NCBI GenBank assembly: GCA_038087875.1
Contig: CM075991.1
Span: 5,456,001 to 5,520,000, forward strand
DNA: 64,000 nt
From: Malacoraja senta
Taxonomy: Eukaryota
Direction of reading: 5' to 3'
The notes below the pieces were generated by a model, which was not told the DNA's origin, made no database searches, and saw only the letters and a program-made list of their open reading frames with translations. This document shows, piece by piece, positions 49,243 to 62,359 of the stretch (its first letter is position 1; every line of letters begins with the position of its first letter). Made by a program: the position numbers and the translations under genes.

Positions 49243-50342
49243 GGGCGGCACAGTGGCCCAGCAGTAGAGTTGCTGCCTTTCAGTGCCAGAGACCCGGGTT
49301 CGAGCCTGACTATGGGTGCAGTCTGTACATAGTTTGTACATTATACCTGTGAGCGCGTGGGTTTTTTCCGGGAGCTCACACACTCCTCTCACACTCCAAA
49401 GACGTACAGGTTTGTAGAATAGAATAGAATAGAATACCATTTATTGTCATTTGAACCTAAATTCAAACGAAATTACATTTTCTGCAGTCATACAAACAAG
49501 AAAAAAAAACAAGACACACAATTAACACAATTTACATAAACATCCATCACAGTGAATCTCCAAACACCTCCTCACTGTGATGGAAGGCAAAGTCTTGTCT
49601 CTCCCCTGATCTTTATTCTTCTCCCGATGTTAAAGCCCCCGGCGGGCGTTGGTAAGTCCCACGGCTGTTAAGGCCGCGCCGGGCGATGTAAGGCCCTGCT
49701 CCGGGTCTTGATGTTGGGGCCCCCGGCGGGAAATGGTAAGTCCCGCGGCCATTAAAGCCGCGCCGGGCGATGTAAGGCCCCGCTCCCGGTCGTTTTAACC
49801 CTGCGATTCGGGCGGGAGAAGTTGCCGTTGCGGGAGCTCCGAAAAGTGGTCTCCCACCAGGGACCCGCGAACTGATGTTACCGTCCACAGCACCTGCAGC
49901 TGGAGCCACCGAAGCTCCGAAGTCGGGTCGCAGCCACGCGCCACCACAGCTCTCCACGCTCCGAAGTCGGCCAGCTCTGCGATGGTGAGTCTGCAGGCCC
50001 TGCGACCGGTGTCCCAGGTCAATTCCGGTTGGAGGCCGCTCCACGGTGCTAGGCCCCAATGACAACGGAGACCCTACAAGGAAAGGTCGCAGAAGTTTCC
50101 ATCACCCCGCCCCCCCCCTCCCCCTCCCACATATACACAGCTAAAAATGATATATAAACAGCAACCAAAACATAGACTTAACAGGACAAAAAGGAAAAAA
50201 AGACAGACAGACTGCAGAGGCCGCTGCCGCGAGGTTAATTGGATTCTGTAAATAATCTCAAGTGCTAGTGCTATGGGGTGATTACTGGTTGGCGTGACTC
50301 GGTGGGCCGAAGGGCCTGTTTCTATGCTGTATCTCTAAAGTC
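49243..50342 (+). mobile_element. HE1-like SINE interrupted by a minus-strand GC-rich non-autonomous element (49416-50231)
   Basis: gacgtacaggtttgt|...|aggttaatt is restored when the insert is removed; the insert has a (TTCTA)n tail. Confidence 0.85.
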
Positions 50343-50554
50343 TCTCTGAAGAGCAATGTCTATGACTACACATGAAATCTAGTGAAAACACACACGTTAC
50401 ACAGCTTGTAAAATACTCCCTGGGGTTTCCATGTGCATGGTGTGCCAGCACTTGAAGCACTTACAGCGGGCATGGATGATGTAAATCATAGTGCAACAGG
50501 CTCTTGTAGCCATCCATTAGAACTATATCACATGTCTGATCAAGAGATAATGAG

Positions 50555-51100
50555 TAGGAAAGAACTGCATATGCTGGTTTACATCAAAGATAGACACAAA
50601 ATGCTGGAGAAACTCAGCGGGTCAGGCAGCAACTCTGGAGAAAAGGAATAGGTGATCTTTACAGGTCAAGATCCTTCTTCAGACTGAGAGGCCTCTCGCT
50701 GGAGTTCAGAAAGATGAGGGGGGACCTCAATGAAATTTACCGAATAGTGAAAGGCTTGGATAGAGTGAATTTGGAGAGGATGTTTCCACTAGTGGGAGAG
50801 TCTAGGAGCAGAGGTCATAGCCTCAGAATAAAAGGTTGTATCTTTAGGAAAGGAGATGAGGTGGAATTTCTTTAGTCAGAGGGTGGTGAATCTGTGGAAT
50901 TCATTGCCAGACAGCTGTGGAAGGCATGTCAATGGATATTTTTAAGGCGGAGATTGATAAATTCTTGATTAGTAAGGATGTCAGGGATTATGGGGAGAAG
51001 GCATTGGAATGGGGTTGGGAGGAAAAGATAGATCAGCCATGATTGAATGGCAGAGTAAACTTGATGGGCCGAATGGCCTAACTCTGTCCCCATAACATGA
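50555..51100 (+). mobile_element. Penelope terminal repeat (minus strand) followed by a CR1 3' fragment (about 50694-51100)
   Basis: Homologous to other copies in the window. Confidence 0.78.
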
Positions 51101-52302
51101 ACAAGAACTTTCCACTGTTCCGAGTCCATAGATTAATACACGTAAAGTAATAATCACTTTTCAACAGGACTTCCTTTAAGCAATAGTCAGCCAAGAAAGT
51201 TTTCCAGTGAATTGAATCTTTCTGATGTTTATAAAGCATTGTTATGTGCAAGCATACATGTTTTATTTCATCTCATTTTCTGAGTGGTATGTTGTTTTCC
51301 TATTATGATTCTTATTAATCATCAGACACACTGTTTTTTTATGCTGTGATTGTGATGAGATTTCGATGTTTTACCATTGGGGTTGCTGCTTGTCATATTT
51401 TTAAATCCTGCTGAAAATTGCTCAATGACCCTTGCGTGCACCCTGAATCAATGTTGTTCCCTAATTTCTCCATTGGCCATTTAATAATAGAGTACGATCC
51501 CGCAATGCTTATTTTACATTCGCAGATGAAAGAAAGAGCAACAATGTCCTTCTTACTATTATTGCCAGAATTATTCCAGAGAGATTTACCCATGTTACTC
51601 TTTGCTTTATACTTTTTCTTTTACTTTTTCTGCATCTTACATTATGGTTCACAAACCACGCAAATTAAATGCAAATCTTTTTCACGGTACTATTCAATTT
51701 GCATTACGGAATGTGTCTATTAACTGTTGAGGTGTGAATTATTTTTCTTCCCATCCATTTCCTTTAATTAATTTTATTTTCTTCCTCATTTTAAGTTATT
51801 ATGAAAGCTGAACTGATAGCCAGCTGTCACATCTCAGGTTGCTTTGGGTTTGAAACAAGTCGTGAAAGGTGTGTGAGACAGGTTGTGTTCCCTATCTCAC
51901 TGTAAGCATTTACAGTCTGGCCCTTCAGTCTTATGCTCCTCCCATACCCACCTGGCTTACATTGCAGCATGTGGCAATGCATCATCCTGATGCACACTGT
52001 TCAGTTGGAGGGAAAAAAACAACCACGTCTTTTTTTTAAACTGTGTTGAGTTGCAATTTATCGCTTCTTCTTTGCCAGCAAACATGAGCTTTCAATTAAG
52101 ATAGGGATAAACATTGCTTCTCCCCTAAATCTCTGCCAATGTCACTCCATAACATTCTGCAAACAAGAATACGCGCGTAATTTAGGATAACTCAATTGCT
52201 GATATTTCAACCCCGCCTGTGCAAAATCACCATTTTGCCTTTGTTTGTGTCCTGGATTTTGTGGGAATTTTTTGATTCTTTCAAAAGTAAACTTTACTCA
52301 GA

Positions 52303-52594
52303 ACGGCACGATGGTGCAATGGTAGAGTTGCTGCCTCACAGCGCCAGGGACTCGGCTTTAATCTTGAATATGGGTACGGGGGGTTTGTACGTTCTGCCTG
52401 TGACCTAGTAGGTTTTCTCTGGGTGCTCCAGTTTCCTCCCACATTTCAAAGACGTACAGATTTATAGGCTAATTGCCTTCTGTAAATTGTCCCAAGTGTG
52501 TAGGTTACGAAAGTGGGATAACATCGTACTCGAGTGGTCGACATGGGCTCAGTGGGCCGAAGGGCCTGTTTCCACGTTGTATCCCTAAACTAAA
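52303..52594 (+). mobile_element. HE1-like SINE
   Basis: Matches other copies in the window. Confidence 0.82.
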
Positions 52595-54217
52595 CACCAG
52601 TAAATAAATACAACAGTAAATGTCTTTCTTTACATTCACAGTGCCAACAAACCAATGCATTCTATATATATAGCTCCATTGACACTCATGTGGCCTCTTT
52701 GACAATACATCCACCCAATGTTTGAGAGGTTGTTGCACAGGAACTGCCCCTCAGTTCCCAGTGGCAGAAAGTCCTTGGTCTGCAGTCCTACCCCACTAAG
52801 TCTTTGTGTTTGCTGCACGGAGCTTCAGTGCACAGATATCCAGTCGGTGGCATTTACTTCTGGATATCTTGTTGCACTGGAACACCAACAAGTTTCAAAC
52901 TGACCAACATTTAAGGAATTTGAGCAGTTCAAATGCCTTAACCTTAATGGCTTCAGTCCAAACGCTGGAAAGTGAAAGGCTGGATAGTTCTCTAAAGCTG
53001 CATGAACACGATGAGACAAACAATTCTTAATTGTAAACTTCCTCGATTCTAGCAAACATTTATCGAGAGTCAAGAGTGTTTGTCATGTGTACTGACAACG
53101 GAACAATAAAATTCTTACTTGCAGCTGCTTAACAGGCCCGCAAACACAATACACACAGATGATATATAATGAAAAAATGCAACAAAATTGATAACCCTAA
53201 TGCCAGGTAACCATCATAGTGCAAAAACTGAAGCCTGTAGTGCAATCGTAGTGCCATAGTCCATGGAAGTTCACAGTTGCTGAGGTTAGGGGTGTGCAGT
53301 TTTCAGGCTTCTGCACCTTATTCCCGATATAGGAGCGAAATGAGGGCATAGCCAGGGATGTGCATGTCTTTGATGATCCCACAACTCCTTGGCACAGTAT
53401 CCTTTAATACCAAGTTGTTGCATACAAAAAGATACCCATATAAAATTTACATAAGATATGTAAAATAATTCAGTACTAACTTGAGCTGAGGGGCTGTATT
53501 CTTTGCTTTGCAATTCAATAAGGGCTTAAACTATAATTTTCCTTCTTGACTTTTATATAATAAACCTGCAAATTATTTAAGAAGTTTTATGGCATTATTT
53601 ATCTTTAATAATAAGAACCTTTTCCGGGCCAAATTGCACGAATGTTTTTGCCTCTGCTTTGGTAAATCATGGAATTACATATAATATTTTTGGACAGGGA
53701 TTCAATAGCAACAGTGGGTAAAAAAGGCTAAGTCTGTGGAAGTGGAAAGATAGGCGCACTTTCAACTCATTTCAACTCTATATTAATATAATGAAATGGC
53801 CTCAAGTCTCAACAAGAAATATAACCGTTATAAACAAAATTCTACTCAAAAATTAGATGAAAAGATGTACAAAGAGTCACTTTATCTACAACTAAGCTGG
53901 TTGCTAGGAGATTCTCTTCTACTGCTATGGTGATAGTTTTAGTTTCAGAAGCAAGGCTGGGGCACCATTTAAACAACCGATCAGTATAGAGGTGCCACAT
54001 CTCCTAGCAACAGTTGCAGATTGGTAAGCCTCTTTTGCTTTTTTTCTAATTCTATGATTATGGAAAAGCGAATAAGCTATCATGCATTAATGGTGTGTTC
54101 ATATATACTCGGTGGTGCTGTGGGGAAGTTTAGGATCTGCAATGCACTGCGTTTAAGAGTGTTGAAAATGAATTCAATAATGGCTTTGAAAAGGAAATTG
54201 GGTAAAGAATTAGGGCT

Positions 54218-54657
54218 GTTTAGTTTAAGTCAGAGATACAGCATGGAAACAGGCCCATTGGCCCACTGAGTCCACGCTGACCACCAGTCACGCATTCACC
54301 CTTGTTTAGAAACATAGAAAATAGGTGCAGGAGGAGGCCATTCGGCCCTTCGAGCCAGCACCGCCATTCATTGTGATCATGGCTGATCGTCCCCTATCAA
54401 TAACCCGTTTATGTTATGTTGATATTATTCCACGTTCTCATCCACTCCCTAGAACACCAGGAGCAATTTACAGAGGCCAATCAACCTGCAAATCCGCACA
54501 TCTCTGGGATGTGGAGGAAACCGAGGCACTCGGAAGACACCCAAGAATCACAGGGGAACGTGCAAACTCCATACAGACAAGCACCCAGGGTCAGCATTGA
54601 ACCCAGGTGTGTGGCGCTCTGAGGCAGCAGCTCTACCAGCTGCACCACTGTGTCACC
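54218..54657 (-). mobile_element. Older HE1-like SINE with a nested CR1 tail (about 54307-54407)
   Basis: Matches other copies in the window. Confidence 0.7.
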
Positions 54658-54714
54658 TCGGAATAAAGATGAATGGTGCAGGACTAAAATATAAGCAAGG
54701 CTGCAAATACTGGA

Positions 54715-55565
54715 ATTCCCCTAGTCCTCACCTTCCACCTCACCAATCTCTGCATTCAATGGACCAACATTTGTGATTTCCCTAAGATCCAGCAAGATTC
54801 ACAGCCCGACACCTCCTCTCCTCTCATTTTGATGGCACCATTCCTTTTGTCACTCCCTGGACTGTTCTTCTATCGCGACCAGTCGCTGCCTTTCTTACAC
54901 CATTTTCCCATGCAGCCGCAGGGAACGCAGCATCTATCCTTTCAAATCTACCCATGAGGGCTTCAAACATTCCTTCCGGGATAATAGTGATTCACTTTTG
55001 CAGCCAGCTTTCATAATACAAGTCAAGTCAAGTCAAGAGAGTTTATTGACATGTGTCCCTGACAGGACAATGAAATTCTTGCTTTTCTTCAGCACAACAG
55101 AACATAGTAGGCATTGACTACAAAACAGATCAGTGTGTCCATATACCATTATATACGTAAATACACAAATACAATGTTGAGATTATCACAGATTTGGGTA
55201 ATCGCTTTGTGGAGTACCTGCGCTCAGTCCAGATTTGACCCTCAGCTCCCTCTGGCAAGACATTAATTTTCCATCCCACTCACACTCTGACCTATGTGTC
55301 TGTCCGTCCCTCCCACAGCACCTCATGTTCCATCTGGGCATGGTGCAGCCTTCCAAAATCCATTGTGAATTTGATATCTTCTGGTAACTCATTTTCTTGA
55401 TCTGTGTCACAACTGGCCACTTCTGTTGTAAGGCAACCAGTCCGGAGAAGGGACCCGACCCGAAACTTCGCCTATCCATGTTCTTCAATGATACTTCCCT
55501 GCCGAGTTGCTCCAGCACTTTGTGTCTTTCTTTGGTAAATCAGCATCTGCAGTTCCTCGTTACTA
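54715..55565 (+). mobile_element. Degraded Penelope 3' half ending in the terminal repeat, split by a Rex1 tail (about 55018-55180)
   Basis: RLGNRFVEYLRSV- and FHLGMVQP-like remnants run into gaagggacccgacccgaaac. Confidence 0.65.
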
Positions 55566-56892
55566 CTAACCATCTGTTATATTAGCTCAGCCTTTCTCTC
55601 TCCGTTAGCACAGCCAGACCTGCTGGAATTTTACATAGGACACGAAGTGCTGGAGTAACCCAACGGGTCAGGCGGTGTCTCTGCAAGACATGGCACCCTT
55701 CTTCAGACTGATTGTAGAGGGGGAGAGAAAATTGCAAAAGAGATGGGAACAGGACAAAGCCTTGCAAATGTTAATTTGATATTGGTGTAGGGGAATTCTG
55801 ATTGGCAGATGGGTGGACAAATTATTTTGTTTTTCTTTCTTTCCTGGTTCTGGTGATAGCACTTTGACCTGAATTGTTGGATTCTTCCTTCAGTTACTGT
55901 TTGATCTGCTGAATGTTAGCAGCATTTTCTGTTATTAAAAGGGAGTGAAACTAATTGGACAGCTTTTTCAAAGAATTAACAGAAGCGTGATGGGCCAAAT
56001 TGCCTCCTGTAGTGCAACATTCTGGTGATTCTATTTATAGGCTGCGCATAATATTCTAAACCTTTGCTAGCTTGCTATGGGACTGTGGAGACCTATGTTG
56101 GTTTTACTTAATTAAATTTTAATCCTTACAACAGAAGTTAAATGCATATTCTTCCCAATGCTCCTGTAATTTTAATTTGGTAAGGAACATTTTTAAAAAA
56201 CGGATATAGCCTTCTTAGCATTAAACGTTAGGCTAAAGAAACGACAGCATATTAGAATATAAGTTGATACATCAGTGAAGCATTGCAAGTAAGACCTTAG
56301 AGTAAGGATTCAATCAGGTGGATCTCCTGACATGTTTGATGGTACAACCGGCTGAATCTAAAGCAATGTCTGTCACTATGCATTTACCTCTTAAACATAA
56401 ACCACGTGACGGTGACTTCTCGGTCTTGACAGCAGTTGGTGCACAGAAGTGCGCAGACTCGAACCGAAGGAGAGATGAAAACTGCAAGTCCATCATTCCT
56501 GCACTGGCTACCCACAACAGTTTCTCAGGGGTAAGGGAGAAAGCCACAGTCTTTTCCAGATTTACGGGCCAGCACCATCCAGTGGTTATCTTTTGAACCC
56601 AGTCTCACCCTCTTCTGGAGCATTTGCGTCAATTTCCAAGACGGGTTTAGCAGTAAGGGTGCATATTGAACAATGCAGTGTAAATGTCGACAAAGTGAAA
56701 ATGATCTGTGGATCGTTTCATCAAAGCTCGACACAGCAGCCTCCATTCCTAACTTCAAACTCTCCAACATAAAGCACAATCCATGTCAACACACGTAACA
56801 TGGATGTGCAACTGTAAAGGCATGGGAATAGATCCATGGCTGCACCTGTGTTTCACTATCAAGCACTTTCTACAGTTTGTTAAAAGCACAGT

Positions 56893-57168
56893 CGGGCGGC
56901 ACAGTGGTGCATGGTAGAGTTGCTGCCTTACAGTGCAAGAGACCCAGATTCAATCCTGACTGTGCAGAGTTTGTAGATTCTCCCTGTGACTGTGTGAGTT
57001 TTCTCCGGGTGCTCTGGTTTCCTCCCACATTCCAAAGACGTACAGGTTTGTAAGTTAATTGGCTTTGGTCAAATTGTCCCTAGTGTGTAGATAGTGCTAG
57101 TGTACAGGGATCGCTGGTCAGTGGGCAGAAGGGACGATTTCTGCGCTGTTTCTCTAAACTAAACTAAA
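56893..57168 (+). mobile_element. HE1-like SINE
   Basis: Matches other copies in the window. Confidence 0.85.
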
Positions 57169-57823
57169 CACAGTCGCGGGTCATACCAATTTTGTGTCAG
57201 TTTGGCTGCAGCTACTTTCTTGCATGCATCAGGGAGTCACGTTCGCACATACGTTTCATAAAACGAAAGCCTAATGATGTCAGTTTTGAAAGTTCAACTG
57301 ACCCAACATCCACAATGTTTTGGAGAAGCAAGTTCCGCTTTCCACTGCCTGTGTGGAAAAAAAACATTTCCTCATTGTTTTGCATATCAGACTCAGCATA
57401 AGGATTCATCCCCGGTTGGTGGCTAAATAATAAAAAAAGTAATCATGTTCATTGATTGGAGTGAGAAGCAGACTAGAAATGCAGTTGCCACCATTCACTA
57501 GATATGAATATCGTGGCATTTGAAGGTATAACTCTAGTCTGTGCAATAATAGGGATGACGAAAATTTGATCAGGAACAAAAACCGCTGTGACTTTTTAGC
57601 TTCCCGGAGCGAGGCTGAGATACGATTGCTCACTTCCTACCTTGACACCAATGACCTCACTAAACATAGATCCTCACCATACTTAATGCTGTGCCTCTGA
57701 CATAAAGTCTGAGGTTGAAAACTTAGATTTTAGCAAAATGCTTGAAACAAAGAAGAATTGTTCACTAAGGGGAAAAAAATCTTTCTTTTATTTTTTTGAT
57801 TGTAAAAAAACACATTGTGCACA

Positions 57824-58340
57824 CAATTTGAGGAAGGACATTCTTGCTATTGAGGGAGTGCAGCGTAGGTTTACAAGGTTAATTCCCGGGATGGCAGGAC
57901 TGTCATATGCTGAGGGAATGGAGCGGCTGGGCTTGTACACTCTGGAGTTTAGAAGGATGAGAGGGAACCTTATTGAAACATATAAGATTGTTAAGGGTTT
58001 GGACACGCTAGAGGCAGGACACATGTTCCCGATGTTGGGGGAGTCCAGAACCAGGGGCCACAGTTTAAGAATAAGGGGCAAGCCATTAAGAACGGAGACG
58101 AGGAAACACTTTTTCTCACAGAGAGTTGTGAGTCTGTGGAATTCTCTGCCTCAGAGGGCGGTGGAGGCAGGTTCTCTGGATGCTTTCAAGAGAGAGCTAG
58201 ATAGGGCTCTTAAAGATAGCGGAGTAAGGGGATAAGGCAGGAACGGGGTACTGATTGGGGATGATCAGCCATGATCACATTGAATGGCGGTGCTGGCTCA
58301 AAGGGCCGAATGGCCTACTCCTGCACCTATTGTCTATTTC
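57824..58340 (+). mobile_element. CR1 3' fragment with near-intact frame
   Basis: NLRKDILAIEGVQRRFTRLIPGM...RVVSLWNSLPQ. Confidence 0.9.
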
Positions 58341-59134
58341 TACTTGACTCTTAATGGATCAATAAATGGTTGTGATTTGGAAAACAAACAAACATGGCCT
58401 TATTAAAGATACTGAATATCAAATGGAAGTGTTCAAAATAGAGCGATAGATTTGTCTGACGGTACAGTCAGCTCTGGTTCAGTATGTAGTTTGCACAACT
58501 GAGTAAAATGGCTGTTGGTTCAGGTTCTGCTCAGCAACTTAAGCACAAAATACAAGCAAATACTCCATTGCAGCACTGGGGGATTGCTGTACTGTTGGAG
58601 ATGCCATTTCAGATAAGGCAAACTGAGATATTTACTGTACTTTCAGCTAAATTTGACAAGCAGAATAGGTGCATTCCCCCAGATATTCTCCCAATATCAA
58701 TCCCTCAAACCAGACATCTCACCACTAGCTGAACATGCTTGCTGTATGCTTTTACAACTTTCTCCCCCTGACTACAATCAGTCTGAAGAAGGATTCTGAC
58801 CCGAAAATATCACATATCCATGTTCTCCACAGATGCTGCCAGACCCGTTGAGGTACTCCAGCAATGGGTTCTACCTTGATTTGTAAGGACTGACACATTT
58901 TCCCATTCCAATATTGAACAAACTACAAGTATTTCATGTGTAGGAAGGAACTGCAGATGCTGGTTTAAATCTAAATGCTGGAGTAACTCAGTGGGACAGG
59001 CAGCATCGCTGGAGAGAAGGAAGGAGTGACGTTTCGGGTTGAGACCCTTCTTCAGACTGAAGTCAGGGGAGTGGGTGGTACATAGATAAGGAAGTCTGAA
59101 GAAGGGTCTCGACCCGAAATGTCACCCATTCCGT

Positions 59135-60425
59135 CTTCCTTGAATGGAGGCCCTAGTAGTTCACCTCCATACTCACTGACTTGGCTGAACACAATTTCAG
59201 ATTAAACGACTTCTCCTTCATTTTAACTCAATGTCCTCAGAACAAAGGTAGTGCCATGGGAACTTGCATGGACCCAAGCCATGCCTGTCTTTTTTCTTGG
59301 ACACATGCAACAGTCTTTGTTTCAATCCTACTCAATTCTTTCACTGGTACATTGAGAATTGAATTATCAGTAGTGATATTTCCTGCACTCATAGAGAACT
59401 CACAAATTTCATTATGTTTACCATCAATTTCTTCCTTGCTCTTACCTTTACGAGGTCCCTTTCTGACTCTCTCCTTTCTGGGTCTGTCCACCACTTCAGG
59501 AGATAGGTTAGACATAAACACCCATTACATATCCACAGAACGCACATGGTTATACTTGCTCCCACCATGTCTCTTGTAAGTACTCTAAAGCATTCTCCCA
59601 GTTCCTCAATCTCATAAGGTCATAAGTGATAGGAGTGGAAATAGGCCATTCGGCCCATGAGTTCTACTCCGCCATTCAATCATGGCTGATCTATCTCTCC
59701 TTCTTAACCCCATTCTCCTGCCTTCTCCCCATAACTCCTGACACATGTACTAATCAAGAATCTATCTATCTCTTCCTTAAAAATAACCATTGACTTGGTC
59801 TCCAAAGTCTTCTGTGTCATTTAATTCTGAGGCTATGAGCTCTAGTCCTAGACTCTCCCAAATAACTAATTTGATCCATTGTTGGTGCTCCCGAAATGTC
59901 TGCCTTATTCATAAACTATAGCTTCCCCCTCTACTGTAATGGCCAGGATCCCTGACCCCATCTGATCCATTTCTTGAGCTTCTCTCAGCATCTCTCCTCT
60001 TGAAACAATGTCAGAGACCAATGGTCTTCATCAACACCTCTGCATTCAACGGGTCATTTTTTAACAATTTCTGGCAGGTCCAACAAAATTGCACCACTGG
60101 ATACGTATACCACTCCATTCCCTTTTTAGCATTTTGGAGCAATTATTCCCTTTGTGACTCCTGGTGCACTCTCGGTTCCCACCTGCCACTCCTCACCTTG
60201 TGGCACTGTCAGTTTTCCACGGGACATGCAACAACTGTTCTTACACATCTTCCCTTCCCACTATTCAGGACTCAAACAGTCTATCCCATGAAGCAGTGGT
60301 TCACTAGCACTTTGGCCAATCTCTTCTCCTATACCTGGTGTTCACAATGTGGTCTCCTCATCACTGGTGAAGCCACCTGCAGATTAAGTGATCACTTTAC
60401 ATAGCAGCAGCATTCAGTCTGTCAG
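59135..60425 (+). mobile_element. Degraded Penelope-like element (RT plus GIY-YIG), split by a CR1 fragment at about 59615-59860
   Basis: LNDFSF..QNKGSAMGTCMDPSHACLF (Penelope RT) and FTSTLANLFSYTWCSQCGLLITGEATCRLSDHF (decayed GIY-YIG). Confidence 0.8.
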
Positions 60426-60917
60426 TGCAACAACAGGGGGGCTCTGAGTAAGATGGGCATGAATTTGGAAAGATAAAACACATTTACAATGTTTGGTAAG
60501 GAAGGAAGGTTGGACATGGGGCAATAGGTTTGTAAAGATGAAAAGGCTTTTGAGAAGAGCGTGGTGATGATGATAATTTTCTACAGTCTATCTCAGTTTT
60601 CCAAATTCTTGCCACTTACCCAGATCTCCTTGTGCGAATGACCCCAATTATGTTTCCATCCCTACCACTAGATTGAAATTCAGCCCTGATCAAAGTTGCA
60701 AATTGGCACCAATCCAGAACTTGAGGAGAAAGCTGTTAATGATGTCAGTTAACATAGAATTCAGGAAGAAAGTTGGGTGGTCAGGAGTTTAATGAGAACA
60801 GGATTGAGGGAGATGGGGACAAGTTTTATCGATGAATTTGGAAAGAACAACGTTTGATAAGAAGGAAACTAGAGAAATGCAGATAGTGACAAGGAGCTCC
60901 TTGCACCTATTGGATGG

Positions 60918-61210
60918 CTAGTTTAGTTTAGTTTATTGTCATTAGCACATGTAACGAGGTACAGTGAAAAGCTTGTTGTTGCAAGCTAGCCAGTCAGCAG
61001 AAAGAGTATACATGATTACAATCAAGCCATCCACAGTGTGCAGATACACTAGGATAAAGGGTATAACGTTTAGTGCAAGATAACGTCCAATAAAGTCCAA
61101 TTAAAGATAGTCCGAGAGTTTTCAATGACGTAGAAAGTAGCTCAGGTCTGCTCTCTAGTTGTTGGTAGGATGGTTCAGTTGTCTGATAACAGCTGAGAAG
61201 CTGCTCTGGA
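60918..61210 (-). mobile_element. Rex1-type 3' end
   Basis: (actaa)n tail, gacaataaa and an AVIRQLNHP-type remnant. Confidence 0.72.
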
Positions 61211-62359
61211 TGTGAGGATATAGGAGACAAGCTTCAGAGGTTTAAAAATATAATTAGCAGTTGAGCAATTTCTACAGATGAAAGAGAGACTTTGTGGGTC
61301 AGTCAGATCTTTCAGTAAATAGCTAATCCAATTGTTTATTATTACTGCACTCCTTTGAGGTGAGAGAGATTATAGTTTTAATCGAAGATAAATTGTCAAA
61401 GTCAGTTTTTACTAATTATTAATAGTAATTAATAAGTTAATAATAGTAGAAATTAGGGGTACGCAGAATGGATTGAGCTTGGAAATGGATTTAAGGCTAA
61501 AGATCAAATTAGATCTTACGGAGTGGAGCAGTTGTATGGCTAATTTCTGCAGATTAAGGTTAATGTTTAGTTTCTGTTTAGTTTGGTTTATTATTTCCTT
61601 GTCCACCAAGGTACAGTGAAATGCGACAGTATTTGTGCTATCCAGTCAAAGAAAGCACTATTAATGATTACAACCAAGCAATCCACAGTGTACAGACACA
61701 GGATAAAGGGTACAGGGAGTTGAGATTGAAGTAGAGAGGAGAGTGAAATGAGAAAGGATCTTTTTCCGTGGACAGACACAAAAGGAGAGAAGGGAGGAGG
61801 AGGAGGAGGGCACGATAAATTATAGGGAGTCCATCAGCTATGACTCTTTTCGGAAAGGTCACCGGAGAGTGGCTATGATTGAACCTTTAGGATGAGTCAT
61901 AATATCAATTAAACTATTATGTATTTGTAAAGCTCTCAATTCATTACAAATCATGATAGAATCCTAGACAAAAACAGAGTGATTCAATTCTCCACATTCC
62001 TGCCAGTGTTAATAAAACTGATTGGTTCCCAGGCAATATTAGAAGACTTGCCGATAATCTGTGACAAATGGGAGATACTAAAGCCAAAGTAGAAGTCAGC
62101 TAAAATATTGTGGTCCAATTAACCCAATGTCTTGGGATTTTACTTCATGCCTCTGCTTCCACAATCACACAACTGCTTTGTTAATCTGTTCTCCAACCTT
62201 TCTAGATTTGTAAACAGTCAGTCTGGGTCTCTTATCCAGGAGTCAGTTGAGTCAAACCTACGTGCAAGAAATCTGATAAGATTTGGTTTTACCATCCCTC
62301 CAGATTTTAATCTTTTAGCACAGATTATGATCTTGCAAAAAGATTGTCAGCAAATAAGT

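Noticed and set aside
60614..60720. Strong minus-strand donor (G|gtaagt) as the PEBP4 penultimate exon
   Set aside because: An in-frame TAA lies shortly upstream and there is no HRY motif
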